Shown: positions 1 to 10,151 of the stretch, piece by piece | How positions within the stretch are numbered: the stretch's first letter is position 1 | How the letters are laid out: the number at the start of each line of letters is the position of its first letter | Assembly (NCBI GenBank): GCA_963745025.1 | Contig: CAVUWD010000016.1 | Location: forward strand, 64,001 to 128,000 | Direction: 5' to 3' | DNA from: an uncultured delta proteobacterium | GTDB taxonomy: Bacteria > Desulfobacterota > Binatia > JACPRU01 | Length of the DNA stretch: 64,000 nucleotides | The notes under the pieces: generated by a model | The model's input: the letters and a program-made list of their open reading frames with translations, nothing else | Database searches by the model: none | What the model was told of the DNA's origin: nothing | Position numbers and translations under genes: made by a program

Positions 1-213
1 CGCGATCCCGGTGCGGGAGAGGGCCCGCTGGCCGGCGGTGATCCCCTGAAGCACGTGCCCGCAGAAGGCGATCTCCACGCCGGATGCGTCGATCCCGGCG
101 TCGACGAGCGCGGCACGCGCGGCATCGGCTCCGATCTCTTCGATCCCGCGCCCTTCGTGGCGGCCGAAGGGGGTCATTCCGACACCGATGACGAAGACCT
201 CGCGCTCGTCCAT
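1..213 (-). CDS. Thiolase family protein (SCP2/lipid-transfer type), 5' part; continues beyond the window start
   Basis: Manual translation MDEREVFVIGVGMTPFGRH...AARAALVDAGI...AFCGHV; GGAGG RBS 7 nt upstream of the ATG; absent from the ORF track. Confidence 0.8.
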   Translation of the reverse strand, partial: MDEREVFVIGVGMTPFGRHEGRGIEEIGADAARAALVDAGIDASGVEIAFCGHVLQGITAGQRALSRTGIA

Positions 214-519
214 TCGCCTACCTCCGAGATGGTTCCCGGACGAATCGATGCAGATGTCGTGCCAGATGCGGGGTGCGGAAATCCCGCCTCGGTGCCACGC
301 CCGATGAGCGACTGCTGCCTACAGGATCAGGTTCTGTCGCCGAAGGAAACGCTCGCGGCGTTGTCGAGGGTCTTGGGCAGCGCGCAGCAAACTGGCTCCG
401 GCCCGAGAACCGCGCCGATCGGGCGAGGAGGGGCACTGTTTCACGGTGGGATAGCGGCTTCCCGGAAGAGAGCTGTCCTGCGCGCCGCGGTCCGCGAGCG
501 CTTCAGGCGCTGACGCAAG

Positions 520-535
520 TGGAACGTGGCTTGCA
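520..535 (+). promoter_or_regulatory. Sigma54 (-24/-12) promoter
   Basis: TGGAACG-TGGC-TTGCA matches TGGCACG-N4-TTGCW with exact GG-N10-GC spacing, about 95 nt upstream of CDS 632. Confidence 0.65.
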
Positions 536-631
536 GCTCTCCTTTGCCGGGTCCGCTGCGGGCGCTCGTCGGCAGCCGGGGCCACCCGAGCGCCGGACGC
601 GCAATCACCGAGAGGACAAGGGAGAACCGTC

Positions 632-2011
632 ATGACCAACCGTGAGAAGCTGAAGCACGCCTTCCAGAAGACGCCGTCGGTCTTCGATCTACTGAGCACG
701 GTACGCAGCCGGCGCGTCGGACGCGGCTACCGGATCGACTCGGGGACCGAGATCGCGCATCCGGTGACCGGGCGGCGGATGAAGCAGGACGTCGGGCCGA
801 TGAAGTTCGTCTCCCGCAAGGAGCCAAAGCCTCTCACCAAGCTCGAGGAAGCGCTGGTCTGCTGGGCGGCGTGCGGGCCGAACGGGCTCGTCACGGCGGA
901 GGTGTCGCTCGACGGGGGGTTCAACGAGGTCACGTGGATGTCCGGCCGGACCGCGCCGGGCGCCGGCACCTCGCAGGCGACCGACCTCCTGGTGATCAAC
1001 GACGACGGCGCGTTCATCTACAAGCCGACGCGGAAGCGCGACAAGCCGATCGAGATCGAGAGCGAGGAGGATTACGACAAGATCCTCCGCTGGTACGAGG
1101 ACGGGATGATCCGGATCCTCGACGAGCGCCCCGACGTCGACTGGGCGCTGCGCGCGCCCGGTGCGCCGAACGCCACCCTGATGGGGCCCTACCAGTTCAA
1201 CATGAACTTGCCGGGCTCGACCTGGATCATCCCGATCACGGACGCCGGCTGGCTCAACTCGGCGCTCATGAACATCTTCGGCTTCTGGCACAGCTATCTC
1301 ATCGACGAGTGGAACGGCGGAAGGCCCGCCGGACTCGGCAAATGGGTGCGCGAGGGGATGCTCGAGCTGCCGACGACGATCTCGAGCTCGGAGCAGCTCG
1401 TCTTTCAGATAGAGAGCTATCCGACCGGCTGCATGATCCAGAACATCCGCCTCGCCGCCGAGGCGATGGGGCTCGGCACTTGGGTCTTCTGCGGCTTCAA
1501 CCCCGACATCCTCTTCGGCGCGATGCCAGAAGTGACGCGCGGGCTCGGGTTCCACGTCGAGGCGCTGAATCCGAAGGCGCCGGTGGCGACGGGCCAGCTC
1601 AAGATCTTCGGCATCGAGGGCGTGAAGGAGGCGACGTATGTGCCGTCGCCGCGCTTCAAGAACGGGCGCGAGCTCGTCGAGCACTGGTTCGCCGAGAAGT
1701 ACGGACCGGGGGGCGCGTTCCTCGACGGGCCCGAGGGGTACCTGCGGAAGACCGGCGCGCCGTGGAAGGAGAAGACGGTCGAGGCGATCCTCCGCGACCC
1801 GCGGATCCACATCGCCGAATGGGTGAAGGAGGCGACGACCTGCTACATCGACTACTGCGTCGAGAACTTCGGCCAATGGCCGGTCACCTACAACCCGATG
1901 CAGGCCCACTTCGGCGCCGTCGTCCACAACGTCGACGAGGAGTTCTACGACACGTACTACCGGCCGGGGTACATGAACGAACGGATCCGCAAGCGATCGG
2001 AGATCTACTGA
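632..2011 (+). CDS. Conserved hypothetical protein, nitroreductase/SagB-like fold
   Basis: 459 aa, strong GC3 bias, AAGGGAGA RBS; N-terminal RSRR and GCMIQNIRLAAEAMGLG resemble FMN nitroreductase motifs. Confidence 0.6.
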   Translation: MTNREKLKHAFQKTPSVFDLLSTVRSRRVGRGYRIDSGTEIAHPVTGRRMKQDVGPMKFVSRKEPKPLTKLEEALVCWAACGPNGLVTAEVSLDGGFNEVTWMSGRTAPGAGTSQATDLLVINDDGAFIYKPTRKRDKPIEIESEEDYDKILRWYEDGMIRILDERPDVDWALRAPGAPNATLMGPYQFNMNLPGSTWIIPITDAGWLNSALMNIFGFWHSYLIDEWNGGRPAGLGKWVREGMLELPTTISSSEQLVFQIESYPTGCMIQNIRLAAEAMGLGTWVFCGFNPDILFGAMPEVTRGLGFHVEALNPKAPVATGQLKIFGIEGVKEATYVPSPRFKNGRELVEHWFAEKYGPGGAFLDGPEGYLRKTGAPWKEKTVEAILRDPRIHIAEWVKEATTCYIDYCVENFGQWPVTYNPMQAHFGAVVHNVDEEFYDTYYRPGYMNERIRKRSEIY

Positions 2012-2059
2012 TTTACTGATGATTTACTGATCATGGAGGCCGTATTTCGATCTTTCCCG

Positions 2060-2195
2060 CCGCGACTGAACGAAGAGAGAAGTGGATCATGCTGCGGATC
2101 TATTTCCTGCCGCAATGGTTCAATCCGTCCCACCCTCAGGCCGAGGACGCGATCTACGATAGCGAGTCGGGACGGTGTTTCGCCGATTTGAGAAC
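2060..2195 (+). mobile_element. IS5-family transposase remnant
   Basis: MLRIYFLPQWFNPSHPQAEDAIYDSES resembles the IS5 N-terminal MLRIYFLQQWFNLSDP..EDALYDS segment; no DDE domain follows. Confidence 0.75.
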
Positions 2196-2265
2196 TCGCT
2201 GCGCCTCGATTCTCAGCAAGAAGAATCGTTCTCCAATAAGCGATCGCATACTCGCGACCTGCAGC

Positions 2266-2281
2266 TGGCACGATTGTTGTG
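2266..2281 (+). promoter_or_regulatory. Possible sigma54 promoter (variant -12)
   Basis: TGGCACG-ATTG-TTGTG; perfect -24 box, -12 has GT instead of GC; 27 nt upstream of the oxidase start. Confidence 0.4.
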
Positions 2282-2307
2282 AGTAAACGCGATAGAGGTT
2301 TGCGCAG

Positions 2308-4254
2308 ATGATCACAGGATCAAAGTTGATCAAGGCTGTGACCCTCGGCGGAGCGTCCACGCTACTCTCGTGGGCGATCGCAATTCCAGGGGCGCAGGCC
2401 GCGCTTCCCGGCGGCTCGCTGGACCCCGCCTCGATCACGAAGTACGTGACCCCGCTGGTCATCCCGCCTGCGATGCCACCGGTCCCGCGGAGCGGAGCCA
2501 GCGACTACTACGAGATCGCGGTCCGGCAGTTCCAGCAGCAGATCTTGCCGCCCGAGCTGCCGAAGACCACCGTCTGGGGCTACGGCTCGGCTGCCGACCC
2601 CAGTACCTTCAACTATCCGTCGTTCACCATCGAGGCGCAGGTCGATAGACCCGTGCGGGTCAAGTGGATCAACGACCTCGTCGACGCCTCCGGCAACTAC
2701 CTGCCGCACCTCCTCCCCGTGGATCCGACGTTGCATTGGGCGAACCCGCCAGGCGGGCCGGACGGAAGGGACATGCATCCGACGTTCAGCTCGACCCCCG
2801 GTTCCTACACGGGGCCCGTCCCCATCGTGACGCACCTGCATGGGGGGCATAGCGCCGAGGAGAGCGACGGCTTCACCGAGGCCTGGTACCTGCCGGCTGC
2901 GGCCAACATCCCGGCCGGCTACGCGACCGTCGGCTCGTACTACGATGAGTTCCGCAACAAGTTCTTCGCCAAGTTCGGCGAGGCGTGGGAGCCGGGCACG
3001 GCCGTGTTCCAGTACGAGAACGACCAGCGGGCCTCGACGCTCTGGTTCCACGACCACACGCTGGGGATGACCCGCGCGAACGTCTACGCGGGCCCCGCGG
3101 GCTTCTATCTCCTCCGCGGCGGTCCTCGGACCTCCCCGAGGGCGTGCTCCCGGGGCCGGCCCCGAAGCTCGGCGACCCGCCGGGAACGCCGTACTACGAG
3201 ATCCCGATCGCGATCCAGGACCGCTCGTTCAACAGCGACGGCTCGCTCTTCTACCCCGACAGTCGCGCGTTCTTCGACGGTTTCACGGGCCCCTACATCC
3301 CCGAGAGCGACATCGCACCGATCTTCAACCCAGAGGTCTTCGGGAACACGATGGTGGTCAACGGCCGCACCTGGCCGGTCCTCCAGGTCGAGCCGCGCCG
3401 CTACCGCTTCCGGTTCCTGAACGGCTGCAACTCGCGCTTCCTCGTCCTGAAGATCGTCACCGACCCCCTCGCCCGGAGACCCGCACAAGCGGCACTCCCG
3501 TTCTGGCAGATCGGCAGCGAGGGCGGCTTTCTGCCGGCGCGCGTGCGGCTCCGCGACCTGCTGATGGGCCTGGCCGAGCGCGCGGACGTCATCGTCGACT
3601 TCAGCCGCCTGCCAGTCGGTACGGAGCTCTACCTCATCAACGAGGGTCCGGACGAACCCTTCGGCGGCGGGGTAGCGGGGAAGGATTTCGCTGCGGCGGA
3701 TCCCGGCGACGACCGGCCAGGTGATGAAGTTCGTCGTCGTGCCGCTCGCGTCGACGGACACCAGCGTGCCGCCCGCCCGGCTGACGCTACCCGCGTTCAC
3801 GCCGCTCGGGCCAGCCACCAACACGCGTCGGGTGTCCCTCACCGAGGAGGACTCTGCGGTGCTGGAAGGCGTCGGACCGAGGGAGGCTGAGCTCGGCACC
3901 GTCGATGAATTCGGAAACCCTGTGAACCTCAGCTGGGATGAACCCGATCACCGAGAACCCTGCGCTCGGCGCCACCGAGATCTGGGAGATCCACAACTTC
4001 ACCGCGGACGCTCACCCCATCCACATCCACGAGGTGCAGTTCCAGGTCGTCAACCGGCAGCGGTTCGCCCCGGGCGTGCCATCCGACCGCCGGAGCGCTG
4101 GGAGACGGGCTTCAAGGACACGGTGATCGCCTACCCTGGCGCGATCACCCGGGTGAAGGCGAAGTTCGATCTGCCCGGCCTCTACGTGTGGCACTGCCAC
4201 ATCCTCGAGCACGAAGACAACGAGATGATGCGGCCGCTCCGGGTCGGGCCGTAG
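2308..4254 (+). pseudogene. Multicopper oxidase (CotA/bilirubin oxidase-like), 4 frameshifts (near 3125, 3708, 3945, 4075)
   Basis: Signal peptide; copper motifs HLHG, WFHDH, HPIHIH and HCHILEHED spread across ORFs 2308, 2985, 3721 and 3938. Confidence 0.85.
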
Positions 4255-4422
4255 GGGTGGTGGGCCTTTGCCTCTCCGTCGCGGCTTGCGCCAGCGGCGC
4301 AGCGCGCAAGGCGCGGCAGGCAGGAGGCGCTCGGCGCGGCCTCTGAAACCTTCACGGGCGGGACGCTGCCACCCGCGTCGCTGGGGATTTGGCGCGCCAA
4401 TCATCGATCGAAGGAGGAGCTC

Positions 4423-5607
4423 ATGACGAGGCAGGCAGTCATCGTCGCCACGGCTCGCACACCGATCGGCCGCGCGTTTCGCGGCGCCTTCAACCTGACG
4501 CACGGCGCCGACATGGCGGCGCACGTCATCCGCGCGGCGATCGAGCGGGCGGGAATCGAGCCAGGCGATGTGGAGGACGTGGTGCTCGGCTGCGGCCTGC
4601 CGGAAGGCGCCACCGGGAACAACGTGGCGCGCGTCGCGGCGATCCGCGCGGGCTGTCCCGTGACCGTCGCGGGCACCACGGTCAATCGGTATTGCTCCTC
4701 GGGACTGCAGGCGACCTCGATTGCCGCGCAGCGGGTCATCGTCGATGGCGCGCCGGTGATGGTCGCCGGCGGCGTCGAGTCGATCTCGAAAGTCCAGAAC
4801 AGCATGAACGTGAGCGACTTCACCAACGCCTGGATGATGGAGCACAAGCCGGAGATCTACATGCCGATGGGGCAGACGGCGGAGGTCGTGGCCAAGCGGT
4901 ACAAGGTCTCCCGCCAGAGCCAGGACGAGTACGCGCTGATGTCGCAGCAGCGCACCGCTGCGGCGCAAAAGGCCGGAAAGATCGGCGAAGAGATTGCGCC
5001 GATCGACGTGACGATGGAGGTCCGCGACAAGCAGACGGGGGAGACGTCGCAGAAGTCGCTGCACTTCGCCATGGACGAGGGGAATCGCCCCGATACGACG
5101 CTCGAGGGCCTGGCCAGGCTGCCGCCCGCATTCGATCCCGAGGGCACGGTTACGGCCGGCAACTCGTCGCAGCTTTCCGACGGTGCCGCCGCGCTGGTGC
5201 TGATGAGCGACGCGGAAGCAAGGCGACGAAAGCTGAATCCCCTCGGCGCGTACCACGGCCTCGTCGTCGCGGGTTGCGAGCCCGACGAGATGGGCATCGG
5301 GCCGGTCTTCGCCATTCCGAAATTGCTCGAGCGCCACGGGCTCACGCTCGACGACATCGATCTCATCGAGCTGAATGAGGCCTTCGCGGTGCAGACCGTC
5401 TATTGCCGGGACCGCCTCGGCCTCGATCCCGAGAAGCTCAACGTGAACGGCGGGGCGATTTCGATCGGGCACCCTTACGGCATGACGGGGGCTCGGCAGG
5501 TCGGGGCGATCCTGCTCGAGCTCCGCCGGCGCAAGAAGCGGTGGGGCGTCGTCACCATGTGCATCGGCGGAGGGATGGGCGCCGCGGGGCTCTTCGAAGC
5601 GTTCTAA
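4423..5607 (+). CDS. Acetyl-CoA C-acyltransferase (thiolase)
   Basis: NRYCSSGLQ, NEAFA, GHPYG and CIGGGMG motifs; AAGGAGG RBS. Confidence 0.95.
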   Translation: MTRQAVIVATARTPIGRAFRGAFNLTHGADMAAHVIRAAIERAGIEPGDVEDVVLGCGLPEGATGNNVARVAAIRAGCPVTVAGTTVNRYCSSGLQATSIAAQRVIVDGAPVMVAGGVESISKVQNSMNVSDFTNAWMMEHKPEIYMPMGQTAEVVAKRYKVSRQSQDEYALMSQQRTAAAQKAGKIGEEIAPIDVTMEVRDKQTGETSQKSLHFAMDEGNRPDTTLEGLARLPPAFDPEGTVTAGNSSQLSDGAAALVLMSDAEARRRKLNPLGAYHGLVVAGCEPDEMGIGPVFAIPKLLERHGLTLDDIDLIELNEAFAVQTVYCRDRLGLDPEKLNVNGGAISIGHPYGMTGARQVGAILLELRRRKKRWGVVTMCIGGGMGAAGLFEAF

Positions 5608-5666
5608 CCTCGATCGGGGCTAGCGGGGCCGGTCCCCGCGCGATCCATCAGTTCCGCAGCGGCGGC

Positions 5667-6128
5667 TCAGGCGGGCAGGAAAACGAGCTCGAGCTTGATT
5701 CCGTCCGGGTCTGCGAAGAACACCGCATAGTAGCCGTTCGCATACTCGGGATATTCGCGCGGCGGATCGAGTATCCTCCCGCCCCACCGCTCGACGTTGC
5801 GCGCCAGAGCATCGACCTCCTCGCGGCTCCCCGCGCGGAACGCCACCTCGCAGAGGCCGACGCGGTCCTTCGAGAAGGTGTCACGGGCGTAGCGGGCGTC
5901 CGCTTGCTTGATCCAAAAGCTGCCGCCCTTGCCCGACCAGCCGAAGACTGGAGCGCCGTCTGCCTCCCACTTCTCCGTGTACCCGAGGCTCGGCATTAGC
6001 GCCGCGTAGAAAGGCCGCGAGCGAGCGAGGTCGTTGACGGTCAAGATGACGTGATGGACCCCGCTCGTCGTCGGGATGCACGGACTCGTCGGGGGACAGC
6101 CGCAGCCTCGAGGCGCCTCGCTCGCCAC
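5667..6128 (-). CDS. VOC/glyoxalase family protein (start uncertain)
   Basis: GVHHVILTVNDLARSRPFY...YYAVFFADPDGIKLE. Confidence 0.85.
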   Translation of the reverse strand: MASEAPRGCGCPPTSPCIPTTSGVHHVILTVNDLARSRPFYAALMPSLGYTEKWEADGAPVFGWSGKGGSFWIKQADARYARDTFSKDRVGLCEVAFRAGSREEVDALARNVERWGGRILDPPREYPEYANGYYAVFFADPDGIKLELVFLPA

Positions 6129-6182
6129 GGCGAGACCCTAGCACAGCGCGGGCAGCCGCGCCGCTCGAGCCGCATCGAGCGA

Positions 6183-6473
6183 CTAACCGTCCTTGCTCCG
6201 CCTGCGCTCCTGAAGGATTCGCTTGGCTCGCTCGAGCGTCCGCCGCCGCGAGGCCGAGAGATTCTTGCCGCCGCGGTTGATGAAGTACTGGATCATGCGA
6301 ATCCCCGAGCCGATCCCCTTGGGGCTCACTTTCTTGCTCGCCATTGCGCGGGCGATCGTCCGCGCATCCTTGGTGAACAGGCCCTCGGCTGGAAAGGTGG
6401 ATTCGGTGTTGACGCTCCGAACCCACCTCTTGCCGCTCCTGCGAGCCCGCGTCCGTGTCCGCTTGCGAGTCAC
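6183..6473 (-). CDS. DUF3175 family protein
   Basis: GLFTKDARTIARAM...SGIRMIQYFINRGGKNL...LERAK. Confidence 0.75.
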   Translation of the reverse strand: MTRKRTRTRARRSGKRWVRSVNTESTFPAEGLFTKDARTIARAMASKKVSPKGIGSGIRMIQYFINRGGKNLSASRRRTLERAKRILQERRRSKDG

Positions 6474-6494
6474 TGGGTCCGATTCTCTCCGCTC

Positions 6495-6770
6495 ATCGGT
6501 GCCGAACGATTGCGCCGTCCGTCAACCGCAAGCGGGCGAGCGAAGACGGAGCGCTACGCTTCGAGAGCGAGGGCGATACGGAGGGCGTCATTCAAGGCGC
6601 GTAGACGCTCTGAAGGAAGCCCTCCGATGAAGTCGGTGAGAGCAGATTTGGGCAAAGTCACGAGGGCATCGCAAAGGATGCTCGAGAACCGCGAATCGAT
6701 CAATGTCAGCCGGCTCACCACCACGAAGACGCGACTCTGTCTGGGGTCTCCGCCGCCGGGACGACGAACG
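6495..6770 (-). pseudogene. Degenerate duplicate of the PemK/MazF toxin and its downstream flank (copy of about 7805-8170 with a 90-bp deletion and no start)
   Basis: Near-identical nucleotide repeat; lacks 7995-8084 and the MKRGDL start. Confidence 0.85.
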
Positions 6771-6837
6771 TATGGCAGGCCCGCCTGCTGTACGATCGGG
6801 GCAAGGTTTGGTAGGGTTTCGAGCGAGACGATAGCCG

Positions 6838-7062
6838 ATGCCACACCTGCTTGACCGGATCACCATCAACCCCAACCAGTGCGGCGGGCGGCCCTGCATT
6901 CGTGGCATGCGGATACGTGTCATCGATGTGCTCGAGCTCTTGGCGGCGGGTCAGACCCACGCTCAAATTCTGGCGGACTACCCCTACCTCGAATCGGATG
7001 ACATCGTGGCCTGCCTTCGTTACGCAGCGCGTCGCCTTGACCATCCCACGCTGGCCGCGTAG
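6838..7062 (+). CDS. DUF433 antitoxin
   Basis: RITINPNQCGGRPCIRGMRIRVIDVLELLAAG...YPYLESDDI. Confidence 0.9.
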   Translation: MPHLLDRITINPNQCGGRPCIRGMRIRVIDVLELLAAGQTHAQILADYPYLESDDIVACLRYAARRLDHPTLAA

Positions 7063-7436
7063 GTGACCGACCCGAGTCGCCCGCTCCTCGTTTGGGTCGA
7101 CGCGCAGATTCCCGCCGGCTGCCACTCGTTGGATTGATGATCCCGGTCTGGTTCAGGCGATTCACGTATTCGATCCAGGGTTGGCCACAGCCGAGGATGC
7201 GGAGCTCTTTGAGAAGGCGCGCAACGGCCGGAGCCGTAGTCTTCACAAAGGACCACGACTTCGTGCAGCTTCAGGAACGTCGAGGCGCACCACCAAAGAT
7301 CCTCTGGCTGACCTGCGGAAACGTGAGCAATCGCGAACTTGGGCGGATCCTTGCCACGTGTTGGCCGCGCGCGATGGAGCTTCTGCGCGCTGGCGAGAAC
7401 CTCATCGAGATCAGTGACGCGCGGCCGGCCGTCTAG
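7063..7436 (+). pseudogene. DUF5615 PIN-like toxin, frameshifted
   Basis: Pieces in three frames: LLVWVDAQIP / ATAEDAELFEKAR / VVFTKDHDF...PPKILWLTCGNVSN. Confidence 0.75.
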
Positions 7437-7502
7437 TCGAGCCGATAAAGTGGCAACCGGTGCCGACGGCGATCGTACGTGAAACATGTTAGACATCGGC
7501 CC

Positions 7503-7757
7503 ATGACGCGCATGTCCGTGCGAGACGTTCGTCACAAGTGGCCCGAGGCGGAGCGCAAGCTTGCCGCGGCGGGAGAGATCGTCATCACTCGCGACTCGAA
7601 GCCGGTCGCTCGCCTGCTTCCGTACGGCCCGCAGCGCCGGACGAGCCGGGCCCGATTCGATCCGGCGGCGCACCTTCGCTGGCTTCGGGGATTCTGGAAA
7701 GGCCGTGCCGTCGGCATCTCGACCGACGCGTTGCTCCAGCGCGACCGTTCGGAGTGA
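7503..7757 (+). CDS. Phd/YefM-family antitoxin (orphan)
   Basis: MSVRDVRHKW...GEIVITRDSKPVARLLP; no toxin gene follows. Confidence 0.8.
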   Translation: MTRMSVRDVRHKWPEAERKLAAAGEIVITRDSKPVARLLPYGPQRRTSRARFDPAAHLRWLRGFWKGRAVGISTDALLQRDRSE

Positions 7758-7862
7758 GAGCCGAGGCGTCATCGAGGTCGCCGAGGCACAGGTCCGTATG
7801 CTCCTCGGTGCCGAACCATTGCGCCGCCTGTCAACCGCAAGCGGGCGAGCGAAGACGGGGCG

Positions 7863-8192
7863 CTACGCTTCGAGAGCGAGGGCGATACGGAGGGCGTCAT
7901 TCAAGGCGCGTAGACGCTCTGCAGGAAGCCCTCCGATGAAGTCGGTGAGAGCAGATTTGGGCAAACTCACGAGGGCATCGCAAAGGATGCTCGATTCGTG
8001 CTTCAGACTTTCGGCGCTCCCGACCGGAACTTCGGTGGCGAGGCCTTCACGTCGCGTGTAGACCGGAGCGCATACCACCGTCGAGAACCGCGAATCGATC
8101 AACGTTTGCCGGCTCACCACCACGAAGACGCGACTCCGTCTGGGGTCTCCGCCGCCGGGACGACGAACGCGATAGAGATCACCGCGTTTCAC
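7863..8192 (-). CDS. PemK/MazF-family toxin
   Basis: GTG start MKRGDLYRV...RVFVVVSRQ...STVVCAPV...SILCDAL; GTGA overlap with the upstream antitoxin. Confidence 0.9.
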   Translation of the reverse strand: MKRGDLYRVRRPGGGDPRRSRVFVVVSRQTLIDSRFSTVVCAPVYTRREGLATEVPVGSAESLKHESSILCDALVSLPKSALTDFIGGLPAERLRALNDALRIALALEA

Positions 8193-8419
8193 GGCTCCAC
8201 CTGGAACGCCAGAACATCCTCGGTCTCTCGATTGAGGCGTTTGGCCGAACGGTTGAGAATCTCGAGGTCTCTCGCTTCGCGCAGCTGCCGGCGGCGGCGC
8301 TCGACGAACTCCAGCACCGCCTGCTCGACGACCCGCGACCGGGGCATATCCTTGCCGGCCAACTCGTCGATTGCCTCGATTGTCGAGGGTGACAGGGTGA
8401 TTGATGTCTTGACTTTCAT
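8189..8419 (-). CDS. Ribbon-helix-helix antitoxin (MazF partner)
   Basis: [10 protein letters not shown]...[12 protein letters not shown], 76 aa, translationally coupled to the toxin. Confidence 0.85.
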   Translation of the reverse strand: MKVKTSITLSPSTIEAIDELAGKDMPRSRVVEQAVLEFVERRRRQLREARDLEILNRSAKRLNRETEDVLAFQVEP

Positions 8420-8499
8420 ACCACCAAGATACGACCGACATAGCGAACCGTTCAGCAACCCGCAAGCAGGAACGCTCCTGCATTCCGCCGTTGTCAGGT

Positions 8500-8616
8500 T
8501 CGAGTCAGCCGGGACCTCGAGCCAGATCGCGGAGCGCTCGTCGCAGGCGTCCGTCTCGGTTCCGGTGAAAGCCGCCTTACGAAGTCGACGACCTGCTCGG
8601 AGAGCTCGACCTTCAC
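8500..8616 (-). pseudogene. Truncated RelE/ParE-like toxin
   Basis: GTG start overlapping the antitoxin stop: MKVELSEQVVDFVRRLSPEPRR, then frameshift and truncation. Confidence 0.5.
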
Positions 8617-8867
8617 CGCTCGTCGAGCGCGGAAAGCGGCAGGAAGCGGGTCTTTCCGGCCCGATGATCCTCGAGCGCTTTCCTCGCGGCCGGATTGGCG
8701 AGCAGCTCCATCGTCTCGACGATCGCGTCGAGACGCTCCTGCGAAAGGATGTAGGCGACCGTCCGATCGCGCCGGCTGATCGCGATCGGACGCCCGCTTT
8801 CGGCGTCGCGAATGAGGCGCGGTAGCTGACTCTGAGCCGCAGTGACCGTATACGTATCCTTACCCAT
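8613..8867 (-). CDS. Phd/YefM-family antitoxin
   Basis: TVTAAQSQLPRLIRDAESGRPIAISRR...IVETMELLANP. Confidence 0.85.
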   Translation of the reverse strand: MGKDTYTVTAAQSQLPRLIRDAESGRPIAISRRDRTVAYILSQERLDAIVETMELLANPAARKALEDHRAGKTRFLPLSALDER

Positions 8868-9102
8868 GGCTCTGCGTACACTAGCGCTACAGGCGGGCGG
8901 TCTCTAGCCGGAAGACGTCGGCACGCAACGGGCTGGCGGATCGCCCCGCGGCACTCACTGGACTTGCCGAGGGTCGCGATCGTCACGTCGTCGGCGCTCC
9001 GCGTCGCGTAGCCGAGAACGATTCGTGGAAGCATGGCCGTTGCCTCGCGGCGAGGGACAAGGCGCTGTCGGCTTCGAGTTCTCGCATGCTAAGGTCGTCC
9101 TC

Positions 9103-9549
9103 GTGAAGAAGCTCGAGCGCTTCCCGGTCGGGGTGTTGCGCGAGGGCGCGGACCGAGCGGCTGCTTTCTTGCGGCGTGATCGGAGAGTGCGCCTGGTCTA
9201 CGTTTTCGGCTCCGCGGCGGATCCGACTTGCAAATTTGGTCGCGATCTCGATCTCGCCATCCTTTGCGTCCCGTCGCCGTCTCTCGACGAGCTCATGAAG
9301 CTCCGCGCCGACGTGGTTGCCGAGGCTCGCTGCCCGGTGGACCTCGTTTCGCTCGGTGAGGCCTCGGTGGTGCTCGCGAAAGAGGTGGCGGATGCCGGTC
9401 GTTGTCTCTTCGCGGCTTCGCCGGACGTCGAGGTAGAGTTCGTCACACGCGCGCGTGCTCGCTACTGGGACTTCAAGCCGTTTCTGGAAGAGCAGTGGCG
9501 CTCGGCCGGCCGCCGCGCGGAGGAACGATCGCGTGGTCCTCAGGCCTGA
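9103..9549 (+). CDS. mntA: MntA-like nucleotidyltransferase antitoxin (type VII TA)
   Basis: GSX10DXD motif (FGSAADPTCKFGRDLD); overlaps a HEPN gene. Confidence 0.85.
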   Translation: MKKLERFPVGVLREGADRAAAFLRRDRRVRLVYVFGSAADPTCKFGRDLDLAILCVPSPSLDELMKLRADVVAEARCPVDLVSLGEASVVLAKEVADAGRCLFAASPDVEVEFVTRARARYWDFKPFLEEQWRSAGRRAEERSRGPQA

Positions 9550-9985
9550 AGCGGTCCGCGAACGGCTGCTCAAGCTCGAAGAGGTGATCTCGCGCCTCGA
9601 TGAGCTCCGCCGGTCCGCGCGGAAGAATCGCGGCTTTCGCGACGAGTGGGCGGCCGAGCGCGGTTTGCAGCTCGGAGCCGAAATCATTCTCGACGCGAGC
9701 AACCACATTCTCAGCGCGCATTTCGGCGTGAGCGCCGAGGACTACGAAGATGTTCTCCGCCAACTCGTCAAGCAAGGCGTGATCGACGACGCGATGGGAG
9801 GCCGGCTGAAGGGCTTGGGAGGTTTTCGCAACATCTTGGTTCACGGATACCTGCGTGTCGACCCGGAACGGGTGGCGGAATTCCTCGCGCGGGCGCCGCG
9901 GGATTTCACCGACTACGCCCGAGCGGTTCGCGGGTGGCTCGAGCGGGTTCTGGCTGAGCACGCGACGCCTTCGGTCTCCGGATAG
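9533..9985 (+). CDS. hepT: HepT/DUF86 HEPN RNase toxin
   Basis: RX4HXY motif (RNILVHGY), AAERGLQ; GGAGG RBS before the GTG. Confidence 0.9.
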   Translation: MVLRPEAVRERLLKLEEVISRLDELRRSARKNRGFRDEWAAERGLQLGAEIILDASNHILSAHFGVSAEDYEDVLRQLVKQGVIDDAMGGRLKGLGGFRNILVHGYLRVDPERVAEFLARAPRDFTDYARAVRGWLERVLAEHATPSVSG

Positions 9986-10151
9986 ACTTCACTCGCGTTG
10001 GGCGAAGCCTGAAAGTGCTCCTGCCTTCTGCCGGCGTCGGGTTCGAGTCGGCCCCTCCAACGCCTGCTGACGAACGACGACCGTCAGGCAACGGCCGCGC
10101 GGACGCTCGGTCTCCAGGTCGGCGTTCCGCGCCGAGCTTCGTACCCGAGCT

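Noticed and set aside
10038-10060. tRNA-like GGGTTCGAGTC...CCTCCA
   Set aside because: No T-stem pairing or cloverleaf; it is part of the 40-bp repeat shared with 8471-8510 and does not match the tmRNA 3' end
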